Positions 63,978 through 64,000 of a stretch of DNA of 64,000 nt are shown one piece after another. The translations under genes and the position numbers were made by a program. Source of the stretch: Candidatus Amesbacteria bacterium RIFCSPLOWO2_01_FULL_48_25 (GTDB taxonomy: Bacteria > Patescibacteriota > Microgenomatia > CAZETR01 > Amesbacteraceae); assembly GCA_001773695.1 (NCBI GenBank), contig MEXN01000005.1, positions 67,687-131,686 of the forward strand, read 5' to 3'. The notes under the pieces were generated by a model, which ran no database searches, was not told where the DNA came from, and saw only the letters and a program-made list of their open reading frames with translations. The first letter of the stretch is position 1; each line of letters begins with the position of its first letter.

Positions 63978-64000
63978 TGATTCCTGGCTTACGGGATAAA

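Noticed and set aside
1-64000. CRISPR arrays, rRNA genes, transposase or IS elements
   Set aside because: No regularly spaced direct repeats with unique spacers, no rRNA-like conserved stretches and no transposase-like ORFs were seen. The only mobile-element-like signals are the TA cassette and the short hairpin repeats described above.

Overview
Gene-dense window (about 48% GC, small genes, many overlapping start/stop codons) that looks like a reduced bacterial genome of the Candidate Phyla Radiation / Patescibacteria type; this is inferred from gene content and order, not a database hit. Stops include TGA, TAA and TAG, so the standard code 11 applies.

Housekeeping genes recognised from the translations: rpsB-tsf-frr-rseP (no pyrH, uppS or cdsA between them), galU, tgt, HIT-rpsU-yqeY-ybeY, dnaX-ybaB-recR, ldcA, cysS, rarA, dusB-like, ychF, rpsF-ssb-rpsR, ctpA, htrA, rpmE-prfA, hisS, an ABC-2 exporter, dnaB, one tRNA-Leu(CAA), efp, dksA-like, rluA, a CPA2/Kef antiporter, yebC and a xerC/D-type recombinase. 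No rRNA and no CRISPR array were seen.

Accessory content worth a second look:
- Five type II toxin-antitoxin modules: three VapBC-like pairs in an island at 18.1-20.9 kb, a DinJ/YafQ-like pair at 42.4-42.9 kb, and an AbrB/PIN cassette inserted between the dnaB stop and tRNA-Leu, bracketed by a 39-bp direct repeat that duplicates the dnaB 3' end.
- A family of short GC-rich palindromic elements (CCTGCCTGCCGGCAGGCAGG and CCCGCCTGCCGGNCGGGCAGG), two of them flanked by 11-14 bp direct repeats, sitting in-frame inside dnaX, dusB and other ORFs. They resemble the palindromic elements described in Rickettsia.
- A tightly coupled six-gene operon of unknown function (20996-23924) with two paralogous small proteins and a terminal glycine-zipper membrane peptide, driven by an extended -10 promoter that recurs before a 37-aa leaderless ORF.
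- Next to xerC, a cassette of a SET-domain protein, two overlapping Ddl-like ATP-grasp ligases and an AdoMetDC-like pyruvoyl decarboxylase.
- Many promoters (-35/-10 hexamers 16-18 bp apart) end 6-7 nt before the start codon, which suggests leaderless mRNAs are common. hisS instead has a roughly 140-nt leader that ends in a terminator hairpin 16 nt before its ATG.

All coordinates below were checked against the sequence lines. Functional calls rest on recognisable motifs in the provided translations; no database searches were possible.
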